Source of the DNA: Octopus vulgaris
Lineage: Eukaryota
NCBI GenBank assembly: GCA_951406725.2
Contig: OX597818.1
Coordinates: forward strand, 15,748,001 to 15,812,000
Direction: 5' to 3'
DNA length: 64,000 nt
This document shows positions 1 to 12,789 of this stretch, piece by piece. A program made the position numbers and the translations under genes. The notes under the pieces are model-generated. The model saw nothing but the letters and a program-made list of their open reading frames with translations. It was not told the DNA's origin and searched no databases. Numbering within the stretch: position 1 is the stretch's first letter; every line of letters begins with the position of its first letter.

Positions 1-70
1 TTAAATATTTCTAAAGTCGTTCGAGATACGTATTAGAAAAACAAACAAATTAACCTTATTTCTACCTACT

Positions 71-103
71 CAATTACGTTTCGATCATTCTATTCGTCAG
101 TTG
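71..103 (-). ncRNA. Degenerate minimal hammerhead motif
   Basis: Minus strand: caa CTGACGA atagaatgatc GAAAC GTA attg. Both core boxes and the ACGT palindrome are present; stems I and II are imperfect. Confidence 0.45.
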
Positions 104-916
104 TTTTCAGTTGTTTGCATTATGGCCGAATTTAAATTATATTTATATCCACTTTCAATGATATTAACTACTCTGTCTCTATCAAGTTATGCCGAAATTA
201 CTAATGCCAAGACGAGGTTTATTGGTAATATCAAGTTACTCAAGAAATTTCAGATCCATAAACGAGAAGAAAATAAATCAATCATGGCTGTATATAGAAA
301 CTAGACCATTTTGCGACACCAGCTGCATGATAAACATTGGGTAAGTGGACGTCAGCATATTTAATACATGGAGTATCAAAAAGCTAAAGTAGAATAAAAT
401 ATGCAGGAAGATAAATCAGTACTGCTTCATGACAAATAGAATAATGGTTTTGCTTATTGTTTTGTTTTGCCTTTGCTTTTATCCCTATCCCCTCCAGCAA
501 ATACGAAAAACAACTCTGGACCTGTTACCAAACGGTTATATTTATCAGTATCAACAAATATACGTTTCTTAACGTTTTCGTGGAGATTCATTTGCTACTA
601 CTTCGATAATACATTCACTGATAACGCTCAAAAAGGTAGAGAAAATAAACGTACAGAGGAAATGGAAAACAAATTGATTTCAAATTTTGGAATAAGGTCA
701 GCAATTTTAGGGTAGGGTGTAAGTCGATTACATTGGCTCCAGTGCTTAACTAGTACTTTCTTTATCGACTCCGAAAGGGTGGAAAGCAAAGTGGACCTCA
801 GCGGAATTTGAGCTTAGAACGTAAAGAGAGACGAAAAATAGAAAAGAAATTAAATTACTTTTTGACTATTAAAATTTTTCTCGCCTTCTAGGTTGTAAGG
901 AGCTGCAGGAAATGGC

Positions 917-963
<47 letters not shown>

Positions 964-1192
964 TTCCTTCTCTGAGCGTCATATTTATAATTTGCATGTA
1001 CCACGTACTCGCGTTGTGAATATGACGCTCAGAGAAGGAAAGAAAGAGTGGTTGTTTTACGTTTCAAGCAAAGTTCTTCTTCGGAAACAGGAGAAAGGAA
1101 AGTCCAAAAGAAAAGGAGGAAGAAGGAAAAAATCGCCGTCAGTCTATGTATGTATGTATGTATGTATGTATGTATGTATGTATGTATGTATG

Positions 1193-1265
<73 letters not shown>

Positions 1266-1339
1266 TTTATTTAAAGCAGCAGAAAATTCAACAAAACCTG
1301 TTACTCTGAGTTTCCCGTTGCCGTTCATCGACAATTTTT

Positions 1340-1391
1340 GCAAAAACTGTCCGACGAACGGCAACGGGAAACTCAGAGTAACAGGTTTTGC
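1340..1391 (+). ncRNA. Hammerhead-like motif with CCGACGA core
   Basis: gcaaaaactgt CCGACGA acg gcaa cgg GAAAC tcaga GTA acaggttttgc. Stem I pairs at 10 of 11 positions, stem II is a short GCAA-capped hairpin, stem III is near-palindromic. Confidence 0.62.
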
Positions 1392-1509
1392 TGAATTTTC
1401 TGCTGCTTTAAATAAAGCATATTACTCTACCACTGGTATTTGAGTACTCTTTTCTCCACTTTGTTTCACATTTATGTGTTTACTCCGGTATATATATATA
1501 TATATATAT

Positions 1510-2560
1510 ATCTTGGCTTGACTTCGCTGACAAAGATTAGGAGGGCTGTTGTCCACGTCGTCTGTACGCTCGTTCGTGGCTGATAAGGCCGATGTGGGAT
1601 TGATAAATCCGATTGTAATGCTGACAGAAGTATTGTTGTCCAGGGTATGATGATGCTGCTACATTATTTTTTCGCCTCTGACGTTTGTCTTCAAGAAAAG
1701 CTCTGCAAGAGATCTTAAAGAAGAAAACAGCATCGCTGATGGTATAGCGCTAAGCAACACGGTCAGCTGTTAGAATAGACCACTCGCGATAATCAGTGTC
1801 ACAAACGCTAAGGGACTGCTTCAGGCAGTCCTTGTAATGCTTCTTTGGTGTCCCCACCTGTTGCCGTGGCCAGTGGTGAGCTCACCGTACATGATGATAT
1901 TGGCGGTGGTCTTTCATCCTGTCAACGGTGTCCTGCCCAACGTAGTCGTGTCTCAAGTAAAATGGCTTCCAGGCTGGTGACCTTTGCTCGCTTGAGGATC
2001 TCAGTGTTGGTGATGTGGTCGTTCTAGTAGGTGTTGAGGATGGTGTGAAAGTAGCATTGGTGAAAACGTCAAGGAGCCCGAGAGGACAGCGGTAGGGGAC
2101 CCAGGACTCAGAGACATATAGGAGCATCGTGATGACGACGGACCTGTAGACTCTGACTTTTGTGCTGATCTTAAGATGCTTATTATTCCGCACACACTTG
2201 TGCAGTCTGCCAAATGCTTTGTTTGCCTTAGAAAGTCTGTTGTCAATTTCTTTGTTGATACTCGCATCTGATGAAATGGTACATCCAAGATATGTGAACT
2301 GCTGTACTGACTTCAGTTCTGTTTTGGCAATGGTGATGTGAGGCATCTTGTACTCTTCCTGGGGAGCTGGTTGGTGTAGGACTTCAGTTTTTTTAGGACT
2401 TAACTTTCAGCCCGAAGAGCTGGGCGGCTTCTACAAAGCGATGGTCAGTATGGCCTTCTGCGCTAGGCATCACTCTGGTGTGCATGACGTCAGACTGGTC
2501 TCGTTGGTGCACTAGGACGTAGTCAAGGAGGTGCCAGTGTTTTGATCGGGGATGCATCCA
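1510..2560 (-). mobile_element. RTE/BovB-like LINE remnant with a large internal deletion
   Basis: Endonuclease end HPRSKHWHLLDYVLV..HTDHRFV is fused at about 2433 to the RT end FGLKVK..QFTYLGCTIS..EIDNRLSKANKAFGRL. Confidence 0.85.
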
Positions 2561-2759
2561 TATGTGTGTGTGTATGCGCGTGTGTGTGTATATATATATA
2601 TACTGATAAAAATGGTAAGACAACAAAAGAATGAAAGAGACCTCGTTATTATGTAAATAAAGGAATTTATCTGTAAATGTAATATGTGACAATTATTCGA
2701 CATCCAAAACTCGGAGTTTTATCATTGCTACCGAATAATTGTCACATATTACATTTACA

Positions 2760-2820
<61 letters not shown>

Positions 2821-4190
2821 TGTATGTACGTATATGTATATATTGGCATGTGTGTGTGTCTTTGTGTCTTTGTTTGTCCCCGCGTCACTCTTTGAGCACC
2901 GGTGTTGGTGTGTTTTCGTCCCCGTAACTTAACGGTTTGGCTAAATAGACCGATAGAATAAATACTAGGCTTAAGAAATACGTCCAGAGATCGATTTGTT
3001 CGACTAAAACCTTTCAAGGCGGTGCTCCAGTATGGTCGCAGTCAAATGACTGACACAAAAGAATAAAAGAATATATGTGTGTGCGTGTGTGTGCGTGCGT
3101 GTGTGTGTGTGTGTGTGTGTGAAGTGTAGTGTAAACAGAGTTAGCGGTTATAGTAACCGACTAAGAGATAAAGTATCCATGTATACTATCAGTATCCGTT
3201 ACCTCTATTATCCCCAGGCGATGGTTGTTATATAATCATCACAACAAACATGAACAATCAACGTTGCCCATTGTCTCCCTTGATACAAGGACATTCAGTA
3301 AGTTTCCGCCACAACAAATACCTTGTACAACAACGGCAGTCTAATAAAGTATCTCGTATCGTTAACACGTTTTTTCAGTCTCTCTCATTTCTTAATCTTT
3401 CATACTAAGTACTCACTACTTCCTTTAATACTCAATACATTATATATATATATATAACAACAACAATGGTGTGCAGGTACACCATACACGTTGAGTGCCG
3501 ATAACAACAGGATAAACAAGACTTTATCAGGAACCAATGCAAATAATTAAAAAGTGAAGAAAACCATAGATTAACCAACACATTGATTCGACCACATTTA
3601 TAGCTTATTTATTAATATAAGCATGACATAACAAAATAAGTGACGTAATATATCTTATGGCTGTTGCTGGGCGGTTACCAAAATGCAGTCTATAAATCAA
3701 AGCGAGAATAAAGTTCTTCATCTTCGTAGGGCATCAGAGTAAAAAAAATAAGCTATAAATGTGATCCAATCGATGTGTTTGTTAATCTGTAGTTTTCTCC
3801 GTTTTCTAATCCATATATATAAATGAGAATGTGTCAGTCTATCTGTCTGTGTCTATGTGAATTCCTAAAACTCGAGAACTGCACAACCGATTTCATTCAA
3901 ATTTTACACATACCTTACATAGGGTTCAAGTAGTGTCATGGACCCCCAAAAATTTTCAACTGCTAGCCCAGAGAAATCTCTTATCTCTTTCACTATTTCA
4001 GTATTTCGTGTCGAAAGTGAAACAATAACATCTTTTTCTTGCAATATCAGATACTTTCACTTTAATACTTTCACACTGGCATATACACATACATACATAC
4101 ATACATACATACATACATACATACATACATACATACATACATACATACATACATACATACATACATACATACATACATACATACATTATG

Positions 4191-4230
<40 letters not shown>

Positions 4231-4381
4231 TACATCTGCACATATGTATATATGTATATATACATGTATATGTGTAGATATATATCTATAGATGCATATG
4301 TATAGATGTATAGTATAGATGTATATATATATAGATGTATGTATATATATATGTATATATATACATGTATATATATATATG

Positions 4382-4413
<32 letters not shown>

Positions 4414-4689
4414 CCTATACATGCATGCAGGTACGTTTGTATGCGTGTGTGTGTTTGCATGTGTATGTATGTATATATGTGTGTGTATGCATATGTATGC
4501 GTGTGCATCTGTATGTGCGTATCCTGCATATTTATGTGCTTGCCTGTCCGTGTTTGTGTATTTTCTATGTATGTGTGTGTGAGCATGTGTTTGTATATGT
4601 ATGCACCTCTGTCTCCTTGTGTGTGCATGTCTGTGTGTGTGTGTGTTATGTAACTATGTACCATGTTTGTATGTATGGATGTGTATCTT

Positions 4690-5137
4690 CATATGTGTGG
4701 AAATTAAGAGAAGCTATCAAAATCAAGAGGCGGGGCAAGACCAGCAAAGGCATCCTCCTCCTGCAGGACAACGTTCCGGTCCACAACTCGCTTGTCGCCA
4801 GATCAGAAGCACAGGCGTGCGGCTATGAACGCCTCCCCATCCCGCCTACTCTCCTGACCTTGCACCCTCTGATATTCTCCTCTTCCCAGCCATGAAGTTG
4901 TTTTTGAAAGGAAAGCGTTTCCCAGATGATGCAGCCTTGATTTCTGAAGTCACGTTGTGGTTGGAGGACCAAGCTGGGGTCTTCTACAAAAACGGTCTCC
5001 AGAGCTGCATCAAACCATGGGAGAAATGCGTAAGTCTGGGTGGTTCCTATGTAGAAAAAGACTAATAAATGTGCCAAGTTTCGTTGCTCTACTGCTATGG
5101 GTAGTGGGTCAGGGGCATTACTTATTGAACGCCCCTC

Positions 5138-5138
<1 letters not shown>
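4690..5138 (+). mobile_element. Mariner transposon 3' fragment
   Basis: LREAIKIKRRGK..GILLLQDNVPVH followed by a frameshifted YSPDLAPSD; ends in ttattgaacgcccctcg-TA. Confidence 0.88.
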
Positions 5139-5171
<33 letters not shown>

Positions 5172-5219
5172 CCCACACACATACACACAAAGACATGAAT
5201 GTATATGTGCATATTTATA

Positions 5220-5930
5220 TCTATTATATAAAAGTCAATGTCTTTATATGTGTTCGTGTGTTACTTATAGATTCGAAAACAACTGCACTGATCCTAATGA
5301 TATTTGGAACACAAAATCCAAACCTAGGGAGAAGGATAATGCTGTATGTTTCATACAATTTCATGATCCAAAATTACTGAAAGGATCCTTATGATATTTG
5401 GAACTTAGATTCAATGCATAAGGGCAGGTATAATGCAGTATGTTTGATTTGAATTTGAGGTGGCTTAAAGTGGGCAAAACCGCCCCATGAAAATTCATAA
5501 ATTTCCGATGTTGATGAAATTTCAATCATAGTTAATTGACACACATCAAGAAGTATTCCCAAAGTTTCCGCTTCTCATGAGGATTCTAAGCCCTCTAATG
5601 GGGGCCTTAACTCACAAATTTTAGTCATTTTTATTATCAAAAACTAGGTCAAAAGTACTGAATGGATCTTTATGAACTTTAGAAATTATATTATATGCAT
5701 AAGGATAGATGTAATGCAGTATATGTTTGAAAGTGAGGGGGCATAAATGAGGCCGTAACCCCCATGAAAATACATGTATTTTTTTTTGCTGATGAAATTT
5801 TAACCATAGATATTAGACACAAATGAAGTAATATTACTAAAATTTCAACTTCTTAGGAGTTAGTAAAACCCCTAAATGGGGGCTTAATTCCTACAATTTA
5901 GTCATTTTTCCTAAGCCAAGACGAATACAA
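5220..5930 (+). mobile_element. Helitron-like non-autonomous element remnant with internal degenerate repeats (similar start at about 3815)
   Basis: TC-tattatataaaag 5' end and duplicated internal blocks (ccccatgaaaat at about 5483 and 5760); no diagnostic 3' end seen. Confidence 0.4.
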
Positions 5931-7542
5931 TCGTACTCTTGAAAAGCAGTAGAGTCACCGGAGCATACAAGATTAGCGTTATTTGTTATTCAATGGTGCA
6001 ACACTGTAAGAGTTTGCTTTCAGATATACTTAGATTGTGATTTCTGCAATGTGGTGCATAAATTTTCAAGTAAAGGAGACATCTTTACCTTCACTGATTC
6101 AGTTACAAAGTGTTATTTTGCGTAAAGTTATTTGGTTGCAGACCTCCTTTGAGTCTTTTTATTATCACTGGGGCAATGATAGTCCTCAGATGGTAATATT
6201 GATTTCAAGGCCTTCCCAGATAAGCGACTAGTCATTCAAAGAGTTTCATAGATTGCAAATTTATTCTCTCTAATGGAAAAAAAAACTGTGAAATGAAATT
6301 CATCGAAGTGGAAAATCCTTCTAAGCGAGATAGAGTTATCTCCCTTTGACCGGTTCCAGTTGTGTCCGAAAATTATCAGTTTCCCGTTTACTACTCAGCA
6401 AGAGGGGAATTCCATGTCCTCAACATGAATTTTCTTTATTTCATGTTGTTCCAGTTAACCCATCTGTAGAAATGAGCTTCGACATCACTGGTACCAAGCT
6501 GTATCAACCTTTGCCTTTCTCTTGGACAACATTGGTGATGTGGAGAGGGGAGGCTGGTATACATGGGCGAATGCTAGTCTTCTATAAACAACCTTGCCCG
6601 GACTTGTACCTCGGAGGGGAACTTTCTAGGTGCAATCCCATGGTCATTTATGACCGAAGGGGGTCTTTACCCTTACCTATACTAGAAATGGTTACTGTAC
6701 ATTAGTAGTTCGGATTTATCATATCTGCAGAGAAGCAATCGCTTAACAAGTACTTGCAACACCTTATTGGAATCGTCTTAGAAATGAAAACTATATAATT
6801 ATTATTTAACGATTACTGGTCGGCTCGAATTACTGCAAGTAGCTTTGAACTGTTTGTATTTAAACACTGTTTATCTACCCTCAAAAATTGAGGTCGACAT
6901 CTGTGACACGAAACTTATGATTCATAAAAGGCTGAAACTAAATGGAAAACAAATCAATGAGAGACGCTTTCCGAAATCTTTCAAGTTACTGATAAACGCA
7001 GTCAAATCTTGTTCAAATCGCATTTTTCTCTCACAGTACAGAGCAAGACATGTTACATTACAAACTCGGTAGATGTATACACTGAACAACAATTTTAGAT
7101 TCACAAGATCAGTGCTTTCTAGCAGTGAATTGGTTTTCTGCAAACATTGTTACATGTAGAGAAAGCCTTCACCAGAACAGTTTACAATAATCCTTCGCCA
7201 TATTGCGGTTCACTTATCGCGCCCTCAGTACATCGCGGATTTTTCTGGCTAACATATATAATTTTATATCGTGAGCTCTTTAGTATATTGCAGGTTTCTG
7301 CAGCCGATAGGTATTTACATTTTTTTAGATTCTAATTATTTCTGTGGTAAAATAAGCATTTTCACGCCTAATAATTAACAAATTAATAAATAAAACTACA
7401 GTGCAGTACAGCACTGTATAACACATTAATCAAAATATATTGAAATGAAATACGTAATGTACCATAGATGAATAAACAAAGAATCGGACATACTGTATGA
7501 AAAACGGAACTCTGGAAGCGAGTGTGTGGTGTTGTTTTGCAT

Positions 7543-7935
7543 TGTGGCTGTGTGGTAAGTAGCTTGCTAACCAACCACATGGTTCCGGGTTCAGTCCCAC
7601 TGCGTGGCATCTTGGGCAAGTGTCTTCTGCTATAGCCTCGGGCAGACCAATGTCTTGTGAGTGGATTTGGTAGACGGAAACTGAAAGAAACCTGTCGTAT
7701 ATATGTATATATATATATATGGGGGGGGGGGGGTGTCTGTGTTTGTCCCCTAGCATTGCTTGAAAACCGATGCTGGTGTGTTTACGTCCCCGTCACTTAG
7801 CGGTTCGGCAAAAGAAACCGATTGAATAAGTACTGGGCTTACAAAGAATTAGTCCCGGGGTCGATTTGATCGACTAAAGACGGTGCTCCAGCATGGCCGC
7901 AGTCAAATGACTGAAACAAGTAAAAGAGTAAAAGA
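7543..7935 (+). mobile_element. Bipartite tRNA-headed SINE; family copies at about 2845-3070, 10725-11148 (-), 14147-14305, 24982-25364, 34270-34420, 44095-44250 (-) and 61130-61500
   Basis: tggctgtgtggtaag and ggttcagtccc A/B-box-like head, an internal microsatellite, and a 3' block ending gactgaaacaagtaaaaga. Confidence 0.85.
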
Positions 7936-7944
7936 GATATACAA

Positions 7945-8051
7945 ATTATAAAAATAATAAAAATACAGTACAATGATGTACAATGTTTCTACTTCGCGAA
8001 TTTACAGCTATCGCGGCGGGTTCTGGAACCCGCGATAGTCGAGGGATTACT
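7945..8051. mobile_element. Right end of a pogo/Tigger-like MITE
   Basis: Terminal cgcgatagtcgagggattactg-TA with a subterminal palindrome. Confidence 0.5.
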
Positions 8052-8193
8052 GTATTTGAGAAGTTGTTAACCCCATGAGTAGCACCCTCTTGTGGGTATC
8101 GTGAGGTCGCAAGAAGGTGACAAGTGTCCAAGGGGACGCTATGCGAAGCGCTCGGTTTCTACAGGTGTCGTTATATTTTCTTGGATATGACTG

Positions 8194-8653
8194 GGATCTT
8201 TTCGGTTTGACCGGCAGTTTTTTCTTGCGGTGTCATATGAAATTGTCACCCATAATTATGACCCTAGTATCGATCTATTGCATTTCAATCTGTTTTAGGG
8301 TTAGGGTTAGAGTTAGGGTTGGTTAGGGTTAGTTAGGGTTAGGGTTAGGGTTAGGGTTGGGGGGAAGGGTATCTTTTTTTCTTCACAAATGTAAATAAAC
8401 CCAATCTGTTTCTTAAACGAGGGACATATTCATACGGCACAGAATGTTCTTTATCTCAATAGACGTCAGTGATTGGTTGAAATTGCAGAAATTGAAGAAA
8501 AAACAACAAATATCTTACAAACTATAGAATTTTCTCAATAAAGCCAAGAGAAGAAGATGTTTTATAAACACATTCTACCAGTATACGAAGTTTAAAAGTG
8601 TTTGGTTACGTGGAAATTATTTTAAAAAGCTGCCGGTCAAACCGAAAAGATCC
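8194..8653. mobile_element. Non-autonomous DNA transposon (MITE) with GGATC termini, 8-bp TSD and internal (TTAGGG)n
   Basis: 24-bp perfect TIR ggatcttttcggtttgaccggcag, TSD tatgactg on both sides, telomere-type repeats at about 8294-8358. Confidence 0.9.
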
Positions 8654-8660
8654 TATGACT

Positions 8661-8728
<68 letters not shown>

Positions 8729-8797
8729 GGTGGTGGTTGTGGTGGTAGTGGTGGTGGTGGTGGTAGTAGTAGTAGTAGCAGTAGCAGCAGCAGTAGC

Positions 8798-8838
<41 letters not shown>

Positions 8839-8840
8839 CA

Positions 8841-8889
<49 letters not shown>

Positions 8890-8938
8890 TAGTAGTAGTA
8901 GCAGCAACAGCAGCAGCAGCAGTAGTAGTAGTAGTAGT

Positions 8939-9000
<62 letters not shown>

Positions 9001-9025
9001 CAGTAGTAGTAGTAGTAGTAGTAGT

Positions 9026-9074
<49 letters not shown>

Positions 9075-9545
9075 GCAGCAGCAGCGGCAGCAGCAGCGGC
9101 AGCAGCAGCGGCAGCAGCAGCGGCAGCAGCAGCGGCAGCAGCAGCGGCGGCTACGGAGACGGCGATGGAGGCGGAGACGGAGGCAGAAACGGAGGCGGAG
9201 GCGGAGGCAGAGGCGGAGGCAGAGGCGGAGGCTGAGGCGGAGGCAGAGGCGGAGGCGGAGGCAGAAATGGAGTCGGAGGCAGAGACAGAGGCGGAGGCAG
9301 AACGGAAGCAGAGAAGGAGGTGGAGACGGAGGCGGAGGCGGAGGCAGAGATGGAGGCGGAGGCAGAGACAGAGGCGGAGGCAGAACGGAGGCAGAGAAGG
9401 AGGTGGAGACGGAGACGAAGGCGGAGACGGAGACGGAGACGGAGGCGGAGACGGAGGCGGAGACGGAGGCGGAGACGGAGGCGGCGGTGAAGGCGGAGAC
9501 GGAGGCGGCGGTGGAGGTAGGGGCGATGGTGGCGGCAGAGGCAGA
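8661..9545. repeat. Compound trinucleotide/hexanucleotide microsatellite (GTA, GTG, GCA, GCG, GCGGAG, GACGGA)
   Basis: Directly visible graded repeat tract. Confidence 0.97.
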
Positions 9546-10173
9546 AATGATAGTGACGGCGCAATTGAGATCGTTAAGCCTAACCTCCTTCAGAAACCGG
9601 ATCATTAGGAGAAAAAAAACACACAAAAGAAAAGAAATTCAAAAACAGTATTGTCATTGTACGAAATAAAAAAAAAAAAAGGCAATTAAATCATCGCTTT
9701 GTTGTTATTGCTGTTGAAATCTCTCCCTCTCTCTATGCCACCTCTCATTTTACTCATTTTTCTTTTAGTTTTTTTTTTTTTTTCATCATCTGGGTCTCCG
9801 AGACTAGGTAACGGAGGCAAAGACACCAATATCTTTGTTATTATTATTTTGTTGTTGTCGTTGTTGTTGTTGTTCCTTTTTATTTTTCACAAACGATATA
9901 GTCGGGGTGTTTCTTTAATATTTGAAGGGGGAAAACAAAAAGTATTTTGTTGTGTTTTTTTTTTTTTTTTGCTTTTTCTTCCTTATCTGTCATCCGTTTA
10001 TTATCATGAACATATAAGGTGCGGTTTTAATGATATTGCTCGTCAAATTACATCATAAATAAGATATTGATCCATAAAAAGCCTTTATTATATCAAGTAG
10101 TGCAACATATGTTCACAATGTCTGAGGGCATGGATGTGCCTGTGTTTGCTTGTACGAATGTACGCATGTATGC

Positions 10174-10204
<31 letters not shown>

Positions 10205-11150
10205 TGTATGTATGTATGTATGTATGTATGTATGTGTGTGTATGTATGTATGTATGTATGTATGTAGGTATGTATGTATGTATTATGTATGTGTGTGTGT
10301 ATGTATGTATGTATGAATATATATATGGATGTATGTACATGTATGACTGTATGAATGCATGCATGTATGTATATATATATATATATGTATGAATGAATGT
10401 ATGTATATGCATGAATGTATGCATGTTTGTATGTATGTATCTATGCTTATGTGTATGTATGTATGTATGTATGTGTGTATGTATGTATATATTATGTATG
10501 TATGCATGTGCGTGTGTGGGTGTATGTACGTATGTATGTACTTTTATGCATGTATGTATGTATGAATAAATGCATGTATGTATGAATGTATGTACGTATG
10601 AATGCGTGTATGTATATGTATGTATGTATGTATGCATGTTTGTATGCATGTATGCATGCATGTATATATTGTATGTATATATGTATGACTGTATGAATGC
10701 ATGTATGTATGTATATTTTTTATTCTTTTATTTTTTTCAGTCATCAGACTGTGGCCATGCTGGAGCACTGATTTCGAGAATATTAGTTGAACGAATCAAC
10801 CCGTGCACTCTTTTTTCTAAGCTTGGTACATATTCTATCGACTCTTTTGTCAAACCGCTAAGTTACGGGGACATTAACACACCAACACCGGTTTTCAAGC
10901 GTGGCTAGGGAACAAAAACAGACACAAAAACACATACACACAGATACATACATACATACACACACACATACATGCATGCATGCATACATACATATGACGG
11001 GCTTCTTTCAGTTTCGAATCTACTCACAAGGCTTTGATCGGCCCGATGCTATAGTGGGAAACGCTCGTCCAAGGTGCCACGCAGTGAGACTGAATCCGGA
11101 ACCATGTGGTTAGGAGCAAACTTCTTACCACACAACCCCGTCTGCGCCTA

Positions 11151-11742
11151 GATGGACGGATGGATGGCTGGATGGCTGGCTGGATGGATGGATGGATGGA
11201 TGGATGGATGGATGGATGGATGGATGGATGGATGGATTGATGGATGGATGGATGGATGGATGGATGGATAAATGGATGGATGGATGGATGGATGGATAAA
11301 TGGATGGATGGATCGATCGATCGACGGATGGATCGATTGATGGATTGATATATGGATGGATGGATGGATAAATGGATGGATGGATGGATGGATGGATAAA
11401 TGGATTGATGGATGGATGGATAAATGGATTGATGGATTGATGGATCGATCGATCGATCGATGGACGGATGGATCGATTGATGGATTGATGGATGGATGGA
11501 TGGATAAATGGATAAATGGATTGATGGATTGATGGATTGATGGATTGATGGATAAATGGATTGATGGATGGATCGATCGATCGATCGATGGACGGATGGA
11601 TCGATTGATCGATGGCTGAATGGATGGATGGATGAATGGATGGATGGATGGATGGATGGATGGATGAATGGATCGATGGATCGATGGATGGATCGATGGA
11701 CGGATGGATCGATGGACCGATGGATCGATGGATCGATGGATG
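11151..11742. repeat. (GATG)n/(GATC)n tetranucleotide tract
   Basis: Directly visible. Confidence 0.97.
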
Positions 11743-12789
11743 CGTATCGTGAAGGTACGTAGCTTAGTGGTTAGGGTATTCGGTTAACGATCGTAAAGTC
11801 GTGAGTTCGATATCCAGTGGTGCGTTTTGTCCTTGAGCAAGACACTTTATTTCACGTTGCTCCAGTCCAGTCAGCTGACAAAATGAGTTGCACCTGTAAT
11901 TCAAAGGTCAGCAAGGTTGTGAAAAAAAAATCCCTGAAACGAAATTCATCGAAGCGAAAATCCCTTCTTGGCTAGATGAAGTTGTCTCCCTTTAACCAAT
12001 TACGGTTGAATCCGAAAGGTCAATTTACCTTGCACTAGTCAGCAAACGGGGGAATGCCATGTCTTCAAAATGAACTTCCTCTCGTGATAGTACCGACTAA
12101 ACACTCCACTCTTGGAATTTAAGAAGCCTTCCACCCCGCCCTGCCCCGTTCAAGTGATTTTTTTAGGATCTTTACCCTCTCGGGAAAGCAATGTTTGCAT
12201 TGACTTCTCCCATTGAAGTATAATCCATGACGTTTCAGGAGCTTCCATTTAATCCTACATTGCGTTTTCTCTTCTTTTAAACGCCATATTTTCCTAAGAA
12301 GTACGTTAAAGGTGTTCATATCTGTTGAGTGCTCAACTACTTGCACATTAACTTCACAAGTGGGCTGTTCCGTTGATCAGATCAACTGGAACGCTCATCG
12401 TCGTGACTGACGGAGTGCCAGTTTTATATACGTACGGATGTGTGCAAGTATATATGTAGGTAGGTATGTCAATATGCAAGTATGTATTCATGTAGGTATG
12501 TATATGTGTATATATGTGTGTGTGTGTGCATGCATATATTTATATGTATTATGTATGTGTGTATGTATGTATGTATGTATGCATGCATGTATGTATGTAT
12601 GTATGTATGTATGTATGTATGTATGTATGTATGTATGCATGCATGTATGCATACATGCATGTATGTATGCATGCATGTATGTATGTATGTATGTATGTAT
12701 GTATGTATGTATGTATGTATGTATGTGTGTGTGTATGTATGTATGTATGTATGTATGTATGTATGTATGTATGTATGTATGTATGTGTT

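Noticed and set aside
6740-7375. Possible decayed hAT transposase (PKSFKLLINAVK)
   Set aside because: Resemblance too weak to support without a search.
7543-7620. tRNA genes at SINE heads (also 11750, 14915, 48165)
   Set aside because: A/B boxes are present but there is no complete cloverleaf, and each continues into a SINE body.
8294-8358. Chromosome end or fusion scar
   Set aside because: The TTAGGG run is short and internal to a TSD-flanked MITE.
8598-9626. 336-aa and 329-aa poly-V/A/E and poly-C/Y ORFs
   Set aside because: Stop-free only because they cross a triplet microsatellite; the start lies inside a MITE.
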